Below, piece by piece: positions 53,301 to 64,000 of a DNA stretch of 64,000 bases. Source of the stretch: Ophelia neglecta (lineage: Eukaryota). The DNA lies in the NCBI GenBank assembly GCA_965285935.1, contig OZ260663.1:91202001-91266000 (forward strand), in the 5' to 3' direction. The position numbers were made by a program, and so were the translations under genes. Position 1 is the first letter of the stretch, and each line of letters starts with the position of its first letter. The notes under the pieces were generated by a model that saw only the letters and a program-made list of their open reading frames with translations, was not told where the DNA came from and searched no databases.

Positions 53301-55515
53301 CTAGTATATGCAAGTTTAATACGTGTTGGAGTCGTTCGTTCAATCGTTTTTCATCTCTTAAATGACCTCTCCATTTAATTCATTTTCAAAACAGATAAAT
53401 TATTCAAACGACTAGATGACGTTACACACACACATAATAGGTTAATTGGAACAAAGGGAATAAATCTTTAAAAATATGAATGTCCAATTATTATGCTCAC
53501 TGATTTAAATGTGCTAAAATTGTGAAGTTGCTGGGTGCAAATTTATAAATATCCGTATAGATTAAAGCAGGAACATAAGTCAAGAAAGACACAACTATAT
53601 TTAATGTATCATAGCTTTGGAATCACACAAATATTGTGAAAGGTATGTGAAAGGTAATATGATAAGAAATAATAGTAATTACAAAATAAATATAGTTTAC
53701 AGTATAGAATAGGAAGTTAAATATCATATAAACATAGATGGAATTTTTAATTGGCTTGAAATGAGCTCTGTGTGAACAAAATGAAAGCTGTCTTTAAAAA
53801 ATGTGTCGGAAATTTGGTAGTTACTTCAATAACACATTGTTCAAAATGTATTGGCACGCCTCGTGCATACCAATGTCTGATAGTAGGTGAGACTTTCATA
53901 GGTATAATAACATTGGCAATATTTTACTTAAGGATAGAAACTGGCAGCTGGAGTAGAGGTAGAGTGGACATGAAGGACAGGATTTGTTCAAATTGAAATA
54001 CACTAGAGGATGAATTTCATATGTTATTCACATGTCCATTGTACAATCCAATACATACCCAATACATTGCAGGTTGTTAGGGAGGCCATCCTAGTGCTTA
54101 CAAACTTATTGAATTGTTAAATACAAACAGTAAGAAAATTCTCAATGATTAAGCAAAAAAAGCGCAAAAGTTCTGTTACTCTTCAGTCAGCTTGGTACAT
54201 TATGTGTTTGATGTAATCGTATATAAACTTATAAAAAATTTCGTTATTATTATTAATTCCTTGGTCAATATTGTATGGAAAGGCACTTGCTACCTATGTT
54301 AATTTGTACTTTTACTGCTGAAATTGTGTTGTTATATAGTTGTTGTAATTTGTTTGTGTAAGGCACACAAGATTGTAATGTCTTATTGTCAAAAAAAACC
54401 TAACATACATAACAGATAGGGGGTTGTTTAGTGCTGGGGCTTATATAATCACAGGTCGTAAAGGACACATGAGCGATAATTCGATGTTTGGCACTCGTGC
54501 AAGCTTTAACTATACGTAATAGACAAAAGACAAAGTATAAAAATATACTAATCCCAATAATGTCTGCCTATTCTATACGTTAAATTGCTACGAGGTTGAC
54601 TAGTTGATTCAAGAAACTCTAAATCTTCCTCAGCCCCATATCCCTTCTCCCTCGGCAGCTCACAGTTTGGAAGGTTATAAAACCGTAAAAACGTAAAATC
54701 CTCGTACAGAGAAGCAATGGCATGGCATCACTACGCTTTCTGCAGTATATTTGACTCTAATATGCTGAACTGTTAAACAAAAACTCACGATCATGGGGCT
54801 ATCACCAAGACAGAACGAAAAATACTTCAGAAAACCTCACGAAAACGGCGTAAGTCATGCAATAGTTTCGAATATGTAGTTCACTTTATTTTTCACCCCC
54901 GGGACGCTCACAGTAAACCATAGGGTAAGTAAACTGATTATTCACTTGACGAGTCGCCATAACAGAGAACAGAACCACTCTTTAGCCATGCAATCGATAT
55001 AATAGACACTGGGCTGTTTGTCCCCTGGCAACGCTATAGTCCCCTGATCGGCGCAGGAAAATAAGGAGCTGGTTCCATGTTAACAGACACAGGCAATCTT
55101 GGACAATATTCGCTCTATCCCCCACATAATGTTACAACATAATCATTTGCTTATCGCTGCGTTAAAATATAGTGAAATGGCTACACAGCCTCAAATGGTT
55201 TAACAATAAGACAAGGTTCGGGGAGAAGGTAGATTTGTATCTCTTCCGCCGAACCATGGTATTGTTAGCCTCCTGGTGTATGATTTCGCAACGTAACAAA
55301 ACGAATATTCTACTACGCTTCAGTACAATATCATGGTACCTAAACATATAAGGTTGCCATTTGGGAGTGGGGTGGGGGGGCGGGTGAAGTGTCTCAACAC
55401 AGAAACGCATCGTCAACTTGTATTGTCTACATTCGATTAATGATAGGTGCATTTGGGAGTCTTAAACAATGAGAAAAGTGCGTCATATCCTAAGAAGAGA
55501 CAATCTTTATCTTAC

Positions 55516-55715
55516 ATGAGATCAGGGTACATCGAAGAGTGCACTGTCCTCCCGTATTTATCCGCCCCGTCGTTTTGCGTGTAAGCCCACGTACCCCCCA
55601 CCTCGGCCGTTTGTTCGAAGGCAATCACATCAAATTCACCGGGATGTTCCGTGAGATACCGTAGAGATGCGAGTCCGGCAGGTCCCGCTCCGATCACACA
55701 AACTCGCTTCGCCAT
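55516..55715 (-). CDS. Flavin-containing monooxygenase exon 1 (FAD-binding GAGPAG)
   Basis: MAKRVCVIGAGPAG...VGGTW...HSSMY; donor AT|GTAAGA. Confidence 0.95.
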
Positions 55716-55826
55716 GACTGGAACTTTACTCGCTGTCTATTGCTTCTACGTATGATTTATCGTTGTCAATATTTTTCCTCGTGCTCACGCCTTTTGTTTA
55801 CCAGTAGGCGTACGTGTATTAATCGT

Positions 55827-55839
55827 CTTATATAAATAC
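55827..55839 (-). promoter_or_regulatory. Possible TATA-like box upstream of FMO
   Basis: GTATTTATATAAG about 115 nt upstream of the ATG; AT-rich background lowers specificity. Confidence 0.3.
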
Positions 55840-56546
55840 GTATACTATCTTGTCGACCCGATCAACTTTGCCTCTTAGTGTGCTTATTATGGTGGTAGAT
55901 ATTGCAATATCTCGGGTGACCCAAGTTTGACCCTGCTAATTATCGAGAGTCGTCAATTATCTGTACTTTATTGAAGCCAAGGACAATGCTTATATAGATT
56001 AGTTCTTTCCTTGATAAATTGGCCCTCATGCAATTCAAGTACCATTGAGAAAGTTGAATATAATGCTCTTAAGCTAAGTCATCAAATTATGTCGTTGCCC
56101 AAAAAAAGAATAACTCACCTATCTTAAGCACTCCATTTATAACAGAAGCAATGAAAAATGATAACTCTGGTCTCTGCTGCAACAATTCGTGTATATAACT
56201 TCTGCTGTATCATTTAGGTTAGTTGAAGGCAACGAAATGAACTACCAATTCACAAAATTCCCAGGGAACAACACTAAGCCGGAAAGAATTTGTACCAAAA
56301 TCTACCGCAACTTGAATCAAAGGGCAAAACGACGATCTGACAAAGCTGACCATGATAGAGTACAAGGTGTATGTACACTTACATCATAATTCATGTAGAA
56401 TTCTATTATTAGTGAACATCATTCAAATACTACTTAAGCATGACGTATTTATAGCATACATCATTTCCGGATACAAACTATATGCCAATCATGTTGCAAT
56501 CGTTACTTATATGAATACACGCAAACCCGCCATCTGTGGAACGTTT

Positions 56547-56968
56547 GGTTGGTGTGTTCAGGGGTAAGCGTCTGATACGTGACTGCAGAATGCGAGTTCG
56601 AATCCAATCAAATAAGGGTAGGCGTGCTTCAGGTCGAATTGGAAGGCTGAAAGGCAAGCATCATCACCCAAAATGGATGCTTCAAAGGGGGGTGACCGGG
56701 CGGATTAGGGTAGTATTCTAGGGTGGAGTACACGGTGATCCCGCAGGCGGCAAGAGGTCAGTGCGGCCATGTTGACTCAGAGATAGTATCCGGCATGATC
56801 CAGTGAAACCTGTGTCATGACCTATTACCTTGATAAGACGATGGTGCCCTAACTCTATCACGTGGTCCCTTAGCCAAGTGCACGCCTGTAGTGAAAAATG
56901 TAAATAAATGTATGTGACGTCAATGTTCACGTCCAATGTGTGTGGTGTGCAAATAACAAAACAAAAAC
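56547..56968 (+). mobile_element. Probable tRNA-derived SINE
   Basis: Pol III B-box GAGTTCGAATCC (56594-56605) after an A-box-like segment, A-rich tail, and a second diverged copy of the body at 57626-57782. Confidence 0.65.
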
Positions 56969-57625
56969 CGGCGACCGGAAAACAAAAAAAGTTATAGTTA
57001 TCAACATACTGAGGGGTTGAATGAAAGTGCTTATGGTTAACTGGGTACTGATATAGATATGCTTTAGAAATAAACCAAGGGCATTTGGCTCAATCGTCGA
57101 TCTCTGGCGTTTCTTACCACAGCATCACAACTTGGCACCTGGGTCCTTGTGAACTGCTTTTTGATAACACTGACAACCTCCCAACCTTGATCTGGACAGT
57201 GGAGACCCCCTGATGGCCACTGCATTCCATTTGCATCGGCTGCCATGCTTCCGCTGACAGCAACAAGCGCCGTTATCAGTCACCGACCACAGCTTGGCAT
57301 ATCTCCAAGTCGTGAGTTGGAATCCTATATAACCTGCGTTGTTAACGGTATGATACATTTGTTCTCATCCATGTATCATAGTTTTGCATGTAAAAATAAG
57401 AAATTGAAAAAACATGATACCTAATTATTTACAACTCAAATTCGCTGGACATAGTTTGAGCTTTCTTGCAAAGCGTGTATCTATGTAGGTTATTCAACAA
57501 TGAATAAACTTAATTTTTGTGTGTGTACCATATTGTACAGAAAATGACAAATCATAGCTTTATTGAAATAAAAAAAATGCCTCTTTTACATGTTTAGTTG
57601 GCAGGCTAGCAAAATAAAGACGCCC

Positions 57626-57782
57626 GGAGTACCCGGTAATACCACAGGCGGCGAGAGGTCAGCGTTCGAGAGGTCCGAGATAGTGTTCGGCATGTTCCGG
57701 TAAAATCTTTATCATGACCTATCACCTTGATAAGACGATGGTGACCTCACCGTGTCACGTAGTACTTTAGCCAAGTGCACGC
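57626..57782 (+). mobile_element. Truncated second copy of the SINE body
   Basis: Shares TCATGACCTATxACCTTGATAAGACGATGGTG and TTAGCCAAGTGCACGC with 56725-56885. Confidence 0.7.
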
Positions 57783-57968
57783 ATTTGCAAAGCATGCATG
57801 CATGTATTGTACAGAAAATTGCGAGATAAAGTTATGAACCTATCATAGCTATGTTTTGAAAATTTAGAACTTATGTGCTAATTGTATGTATCGACTTTTG
57901 TAATGAGGGTTTGCCGGGAATCCCACTTATCAGACGAAAAGTATAGTATAATCAGTGTCAGGCTTCTG

Positions 57969-58905
57969 CTCATAGGTTTACACTTTATAGGTTTACACTC
58001 TATAGGTTTACACTTCATAGGTTTACACTTTATAGGTTTACATTTTATATAGGTTTACACTTTATAGGTTTACATTTTATATAGGTTTACACTTTAAAGG
58101 TTTACACTATTGGTTTTCACTTTATAGATTTACACTTATAGCTTTACACTTTATAGCTTTACACTTAATATGTTTACACTTTATAGCTTCACACTTCATA
58201 GCTTTACATTTTATTGGTTTACACTATATAGCTTTACACTTTATTGGTTTACACTTTGTAGGTTTACACTTTATAGGTTTACACTTTATTTGTTTACACT
58301 TTATTGGTTTACACTTTATAACTTTACACTTCAAAGCTTTACACTTCATAGGTTTATACTTAATTGGTTTAAACTTTATTGGTTTACACTTAATGGGTTT
58401 ATACTTTATTGGTTTTCACTTTGTAGGTTTACACTTTATTGGTTTACACTTTATAGGTTTACATGTTATTGGTTTACACTTTATAGCTTTACACTTTATA
58501 ACTTTACACTTTAAACCTACTTCATTGATTTACACTTTATTGGTTAACGCTTTATTGGTTAACACTTTGTAGGTTTACACTTTATAGGTTTACACTTCAT
58601 AGGTTTATACTTAATTGGTTTACACTTTATTGGTTTACACTTAATGGGTTTACACTTTAAACCTACTTTATTGGTTTACACTTTATTGGTTTACACTTAA
58701 TGGGTTAATACTTTATTTGTTTTATACTTTATAGGTTTATAGTTAATAGGTTTACACTTTATAGGTTTACACTTTATAGGTTTACATTTTATTGGTTTAA
58801 ATTTGAAAGCTTTACACTTTATAGCTTTCCACTTTATAGCTTTACACTTTATAGCTTTACACTTTAAACCTACTTTATTGGTTTACACTTATTTGTTTAC
58901 GCTTT
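57969..58905. repeat. 15 bp minisatellite (GGTTTACACTTTATA)n
   Basis: Directly visible degenerate tandem units; explains the FTLY-repeat ORF at 58170. Confidence 0.97.
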
Positions 58906-59324
58906 ACCGATGTTTCATTTCGAGTTGCTGATATTGGTGTAAACCTGCCAACAGTCATCTAGAAGGTTCCGGCTGATCATGAGAAGAGGTGGGTCATATT
59001 GGTGGCAAGTATTGCAGGAATTCACTGAGGGTTCTTTCCGAGGGCGATAAAGAACTCTTCTTATGTAAACATTCATTTGCCTACCTTGGTTCATATCACT
59101 GCCCTTTTGTGAATGGTGACATGTGATTTTCGAAACAAAATCCTATATTTGAGTAATAGTTAGTATAGCTAACCTGGGCCTTAAATAACGCTATAATACT
59201 GATTGAATGAAATATTTAAGATAATAAAATAACTTATTACTTCAACCAAAATCTTAATCAAACTGTGTTTAATCACTTAATCATCTTCAAAAAGAGACTT
59301 TGATGTCTAGGAACAAGAAATATG

Positions 59325-59600
59325 ATAGGCACTCCGACACCATGATGGCGTCCAATTACCATATACCATGCCCACAGAAGAAAACGGGTGTTGATCAAGT
59401 CTGCCATGTATCATAACTACTACTAATTAGGTCTACCAAGGAGCGGGGTGCGAGGAACTTCACTGGGAAGCTGTAAAATAATTGCCCGTTGCGGAGCTGA
59501 AAATCACGATTACCATCATCCGGAAGCTGCCTGCTTTGCTTAATCAGTTCCGCATGCTGTTTGGGATTTGCAGCCACGGGCCCTGAGAGATAAAGCATGC
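59325..59600 (-). mobile_element. Possible Gypsy/Ginger integrase zinc-finger-region remnant
   Basis: DFQLRNGQLFY followed, across frameshifts, by LINTRF and DAIMVSEC, resembling the H2C2 region; a similar QMQDGFLYY lies near 59900. Confidence 0.35.
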
Positions 59601-60356
59601 TGGCAAGATGAATCGCATTGGCAATCTAGTAAGACCGGTAAGTAAATGAATATGTAATCAGATCAAAGGGAAACTAGTACTCCGGGCTTTTTGTGTTAAT
59701 TTCTTTCCAAATTGAAATAAAATACACGCTTCTCCTGAGGAAGTGTTACCGCATTACTGAATAATCAACGGCAGCGACCCATGGTGCGATCTAGCATGTG
59801 AGGATGTTATCACACCAAAATAGCTATGGGCTGGCATTTAACACTTGCCTGTTCGAGTGATTGGTTACATGCAATTTTAGTATAAAGTAGGTATAGTACA
59901 GAAATCCGTCTTGCATTTGATGCCTTTTATTGTTTCTCCTATAGTCACAAATAAATTTACAATTTGATAAAACGCCCCGAGAAGAAGTCATGTTCAAAGC
60001 GTCCGCCCCCCCCCCTTCCAACACCTTCTTCATTGCTGAACACAAATACGTTGTTTAGGTTAAATTTAACACTGAGATCGGCAAATCTAGTTTCCATGTG
60101 TTCAACGTAGACGTGCTTGGTTGGTTAAGATTGGTTGGTGACTTGTTAAGGAGATTATTTTTTGTTAAACGCCTGTGTTTTTATAATATGAGAAAGCCAT
60201 TTACGATGGATTTCAACTAGCAAAATAAATATGCTATCACACAAAACAAATTGTCCTTTCCAAATGTCAAGTGATTCGAAATACAAACGACCAATGTGTG
60301 AACAATATATAATAATTTGAATATATGTATATATTGAACATGGGTGGTCCTTAATG

Positions 60357-60504
60357 TCGCTACACTCGATGACCCAAATGTTAAATGGTGCGCTTGAATG
60401 CTTTTCTTAAAGTAATGAATAGAGAAGGCATCGCTACACTCGATTACCCAAATGTTAAATGGTGCGCTTGAATGCTTTTCTTAAAGTAATGAATAGAGAA
60501 GGCA
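60357..60504. repeat. 74 bp near-perfect tandem duplication
   Basis: TCGCTACACTCGAT...GAGAAGGCA at 60357 and 60431. Confidence 0.95.
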
Positions 60505-63500
60505 TCATCTGCGTTTGAGAACAAGTGCAAATAATAAAAGTCTGTGCTGCACTTTTCAAACCCTAGGTGCCTCCTTGTGTATGGAATATGAGGAGATTAC
60601 TGGGGAATGTTGTCGATCGCTAGCAAATTCGAGTTACTGCAGGTGAAAAGGAGGTAAAAGCAGGCTAATGGAGAATTGTTTTAACATGATTATTGCTGGG
60701 TATGTTATGACGATTGAAATATTTATATAGTGGAAGTCGCAGGGACGCCATTGCTTGCTTGCTACCGTTTGTTGTGCCATTACTGTATGTGCTCTGCTGT
60801 TCGGGGGCATCAGCTGCCTTTGTGCGGCAATGCTACATATAGAATACCTATTGCCTTAACTGTGGCTAATAATGCATATATTGCCTTATCATAATACAGT
60901 GTGTCTTATGTTTAAAAACCAGCAGCATACTCTTCTTTTTGGTGGTTCCCACGATATCGTTCTTTTACAGAGCCTTTGTGGGTTACTTGTTTGTTAGTTT
61001 TTTGATTAATAGTTCTAAATTGGCTGGCTATTTTATCACCTGTATTCTTCATGTAATGGTCATCATTGTTTTGTCTAAATAAAATATATCTGAATCTGAA
61101 TCTACCATCGGCAAAAATGTTGGAACACTCACCTTATAATCGCGAGCCGATCAGATGTGAGGTAAGGCTAGTCGTTCGGCTTGTCCGGAAAAACCAACAA
61201 CGCCGAGAAAACGAATGCATTCCAAAAAGAAGGTTTAAATGAAATTGACTACATAAATACCGGATTTCATTAGGGTATTTTACCCATTTTACTATGACCA
61301 AAATCCACAGCTTAAATCGTGTGCCAAATAGGTTTTGTGTCTGACAGTACACAATATCACAATATACCTTGAACATTGATAATAGATAAGAATAGCTCTG
61401 TTCGGAGATAGTGGAAGCGGGAATGTAAGTTCAATGGATAGAATGCATACTGACCAAAGAACGAAGCACACAGGAGACTATTGGCTCAGCTGGAATTATT
61501 TAACTGGAAATTTAGTTCACTAAGACTTAGGAGTCATAATAATTCGTCTGGGGACATATTTTCACCGCATAATGAGTCAGAACGCCGTATCCTGCCAGTT
61601 TACACCGCCAATAATTCCACTGAAGTCTCCCGTTAACTTGCTTTTGATGACGACTCCCAGCCCATCTGCCAGCATAAATGTTGCAGTCGCCTGCTCAGAG
61701 GCTTCTCTGGCATTTTTATATGTTTATGTTAGCATTTCAGCCCATAACATTTACCAATTTCCTGCCCTGTTGATATCGTGCAATTACCATTCCAAGCACG
61801 TTGCAAGTGCGAATAAACACTTATATTGGCATAAACAACTAGACTTGTTATTAGCAACTGAAGTAATTAAATGATATATTATGGCCTATTAAGAAGACAA
61901 GGGTTGCTTTAGCAATACCAAGACTTTACTGATGGAAGGGAATCGTATTGTGAACGAAAATGAAATTCTAATCGAATGTTAATATTTCACAAAAGGGATT
62001 CCGCCAAACCGTCCGAAACAAAACCTGGAGCTAAAATGATGCGTTCAAATCTAATAAGTGCCCTATTTTAAAACTAATATGAGTGATTCATTTGCTACAG
62101 TTGTACGGGTGTACATATGCAAATTTTAGTGTAATACAAACTTATTAGTCATTATACCTGTTTCTTCTTTATGGATCTACTTTGTATTTCATGGCAAACT
62201 TTGCGGTAATATATACAGAGCACAAATACTTGCGTTACTCTTATAGTGTCGATAAACGCCTATTCCTGCCAATAACCTGGTAAGATTAGGTTTGCTGTGT
62301 ATGTATACGGTCCCATATCAGCTACCATAAAGGTGCGGAGGTCATGGGTAAATCTGGGTTGCACGAAGCAAACAATCGTCAGCAAGGCTAGGGCTAGGGC
62401 TGGGAGTTAATTTTAGGATGAACAAAAGGGTAAGGGACAGGTTTTATGCAGGTCTAATGGCCTTTTGATTAAAAGCGGAAGCGCGGAGCATTGCGGAAGT
62501 AAATCCCCGCCCTTAACTCTGAAATTAACCCTCAGCACCAACCATAGACTTACAGACGCCTTTTTGCATCTTGTCACTCTGAAATACCTATGACGTCCGC
62601 TTCCGCATAGCTTCCGCACGTCTAATGTAGTGTCCTTATCTCGGAATTTACCACCACCAGGCTCCACGCCTCCGCTGTTAATCTTAAGTGCAATTAAATA
62701 AGCATTGTATTTTTTATTGGCAAGTAATTGATGCGGTGCAGCATTTTCTCTCCAAATTAGTGCACATACATGCAATGGACCGGTCAGCTTAGGAACCAAG
62801 ATTGTGCTTCTAGTTCCTGGCGTCAAAACTTAAGCGCGTTCACTTGACACCCTGACAACGCTCGCTAAACAAGTACTAGCACTAATACTAATACTAGGAG
62901 CAAGCCAATAGAAATTAATTGATATATCATAATGTTATTCCTGTGTGTCTCATGAGAGGGTATTTACAGCTGTTGCTGGCAAACTGTCATTGCCATGTAC
63001 ATTTTGTTTTGCATATCTCACGGTGTACCTTATACTTTGCCTACATGACAATAAATATTTTTTTGAATTGAAAAAACTCGTTCAATGATATATCAGGAAC
63101 ATTATGGGTAGGGCATCGTTTGACGGATCACGGACTGTGCGCAAGGCGAAAACACACCGAGAGGATAAACAGGCGGGTGCTCAGTAGGAACCAGCATGGC
63201 AAGGAGCACCGTCTACACCTGAATACCTCACATCATCCGGAATTTGTTAACAGACTGTGTGTTCCGGTATTTTCTGGTCTAATCTTTGACATGGCCGATT
63301 TCTAAGACCGCCAACCATAAACATTGTAATAAGATAAGACAACTTGAATTATGCCCCTGGAGCCACGATGACAAATGTCACTACTTATATTACTGCTGCG
63401 GTCGAGTCATACAGAGGCAACAGAGTGGAATAGGCTTAACAATAGATCCCCCAAGTTTCATGAACGGAATATTATTGTTTTATTCCATACCAACATTTAT

Positions 63501-64000
63501 CACATTCATAACGCAGCTGTGACAGACGTCTTTCGCCTGAAACAGGCCCCTCCATTGTAGACCTAGTCCTTCAATATCAATGGCCACACTATGGCATTGT
63601 ACTCGAAGTAAGCAATAAAACAGTAGTCTAGAGTCCTAGAAAAGCACCTATGATTTAAACTGAGTGTTAAATCATATACTGTACATCACGAGACAGTCGC
63701 ATAATGGCTTGTGCTGGCATAGTTCAGCTGAATTGAGTTTGGTGATTTACTTTTATAAACAATTCTTATGCATATTAGTTGTTCTTAACACTACAGTACG
63801 TTAGGTAATGTAGGTATGTTGGTCCTGGGTGTCTTTTGCAGACGACAAGTCACTCGAACATTATCTTCCATTGCAGTGTGTATCTGGCATTTAAATATAT
63901 ACGTACTTGCCACAGGAGTTTAAAATCGGCATGAAAACAATCTTATTATATTTTGAGACAGTTGCCGTTTCGATGCAATGTATGGTTCTCTTTTAAAATG

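Noticed and set aside
56550-56610. tRNA gene
   Set aside because: A B-box is present but no convincing cloverleaf or poly-T terminator; better explained as a SINE head
58170-58514. 114-aa FTLY-repeat ORF
   Set aside because: Translation of a 15 bp minisatellite; neighbouring units break the frame
63649-63676. 10 bp perfect hairpin TATGATTTAA...TTAAATCATA
   Set aside because: Short and AT-rich; expected by chance at this composition

Overview
AT-rich, intron-containing eukaryotic DNA, most consistent with an invertebrate animal; no prokaryotic features. Three spliced genes can be assembled from GT-AG junctions with open frames. (1) A 6-coding-exon class A peptide-type GPCR on the minus strand (GPCR-A, 9460->1624, ~432 aa). 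(2) Its paralog on the plus strand (GPCR-B, 26695->32397, ~426 aa), divergently oriented and with identical intron positions and phases. (3) A 5-exon flavin-containing monooxygenase on the minus strand (55715->50814, ~438 aa) whose NADPH-binding GxGxxG motif reads SAGLSS. The ~17 kb between the receptors holds a 4-copy ~1.37 kb tandem array. Read on the minus strand across frameshifts, its unit appears to be a decayed intronless 7TM/GPCR-like gene; this is the most unexpected signal in the window, but it was read by eye and needs an HMM test. The rest contains MITEs, a probable tRNA-derived SINE, decayed LINE and Gypsy fragments, and mini/microsatellites. Gene models are manual predictions without transcript evidence.
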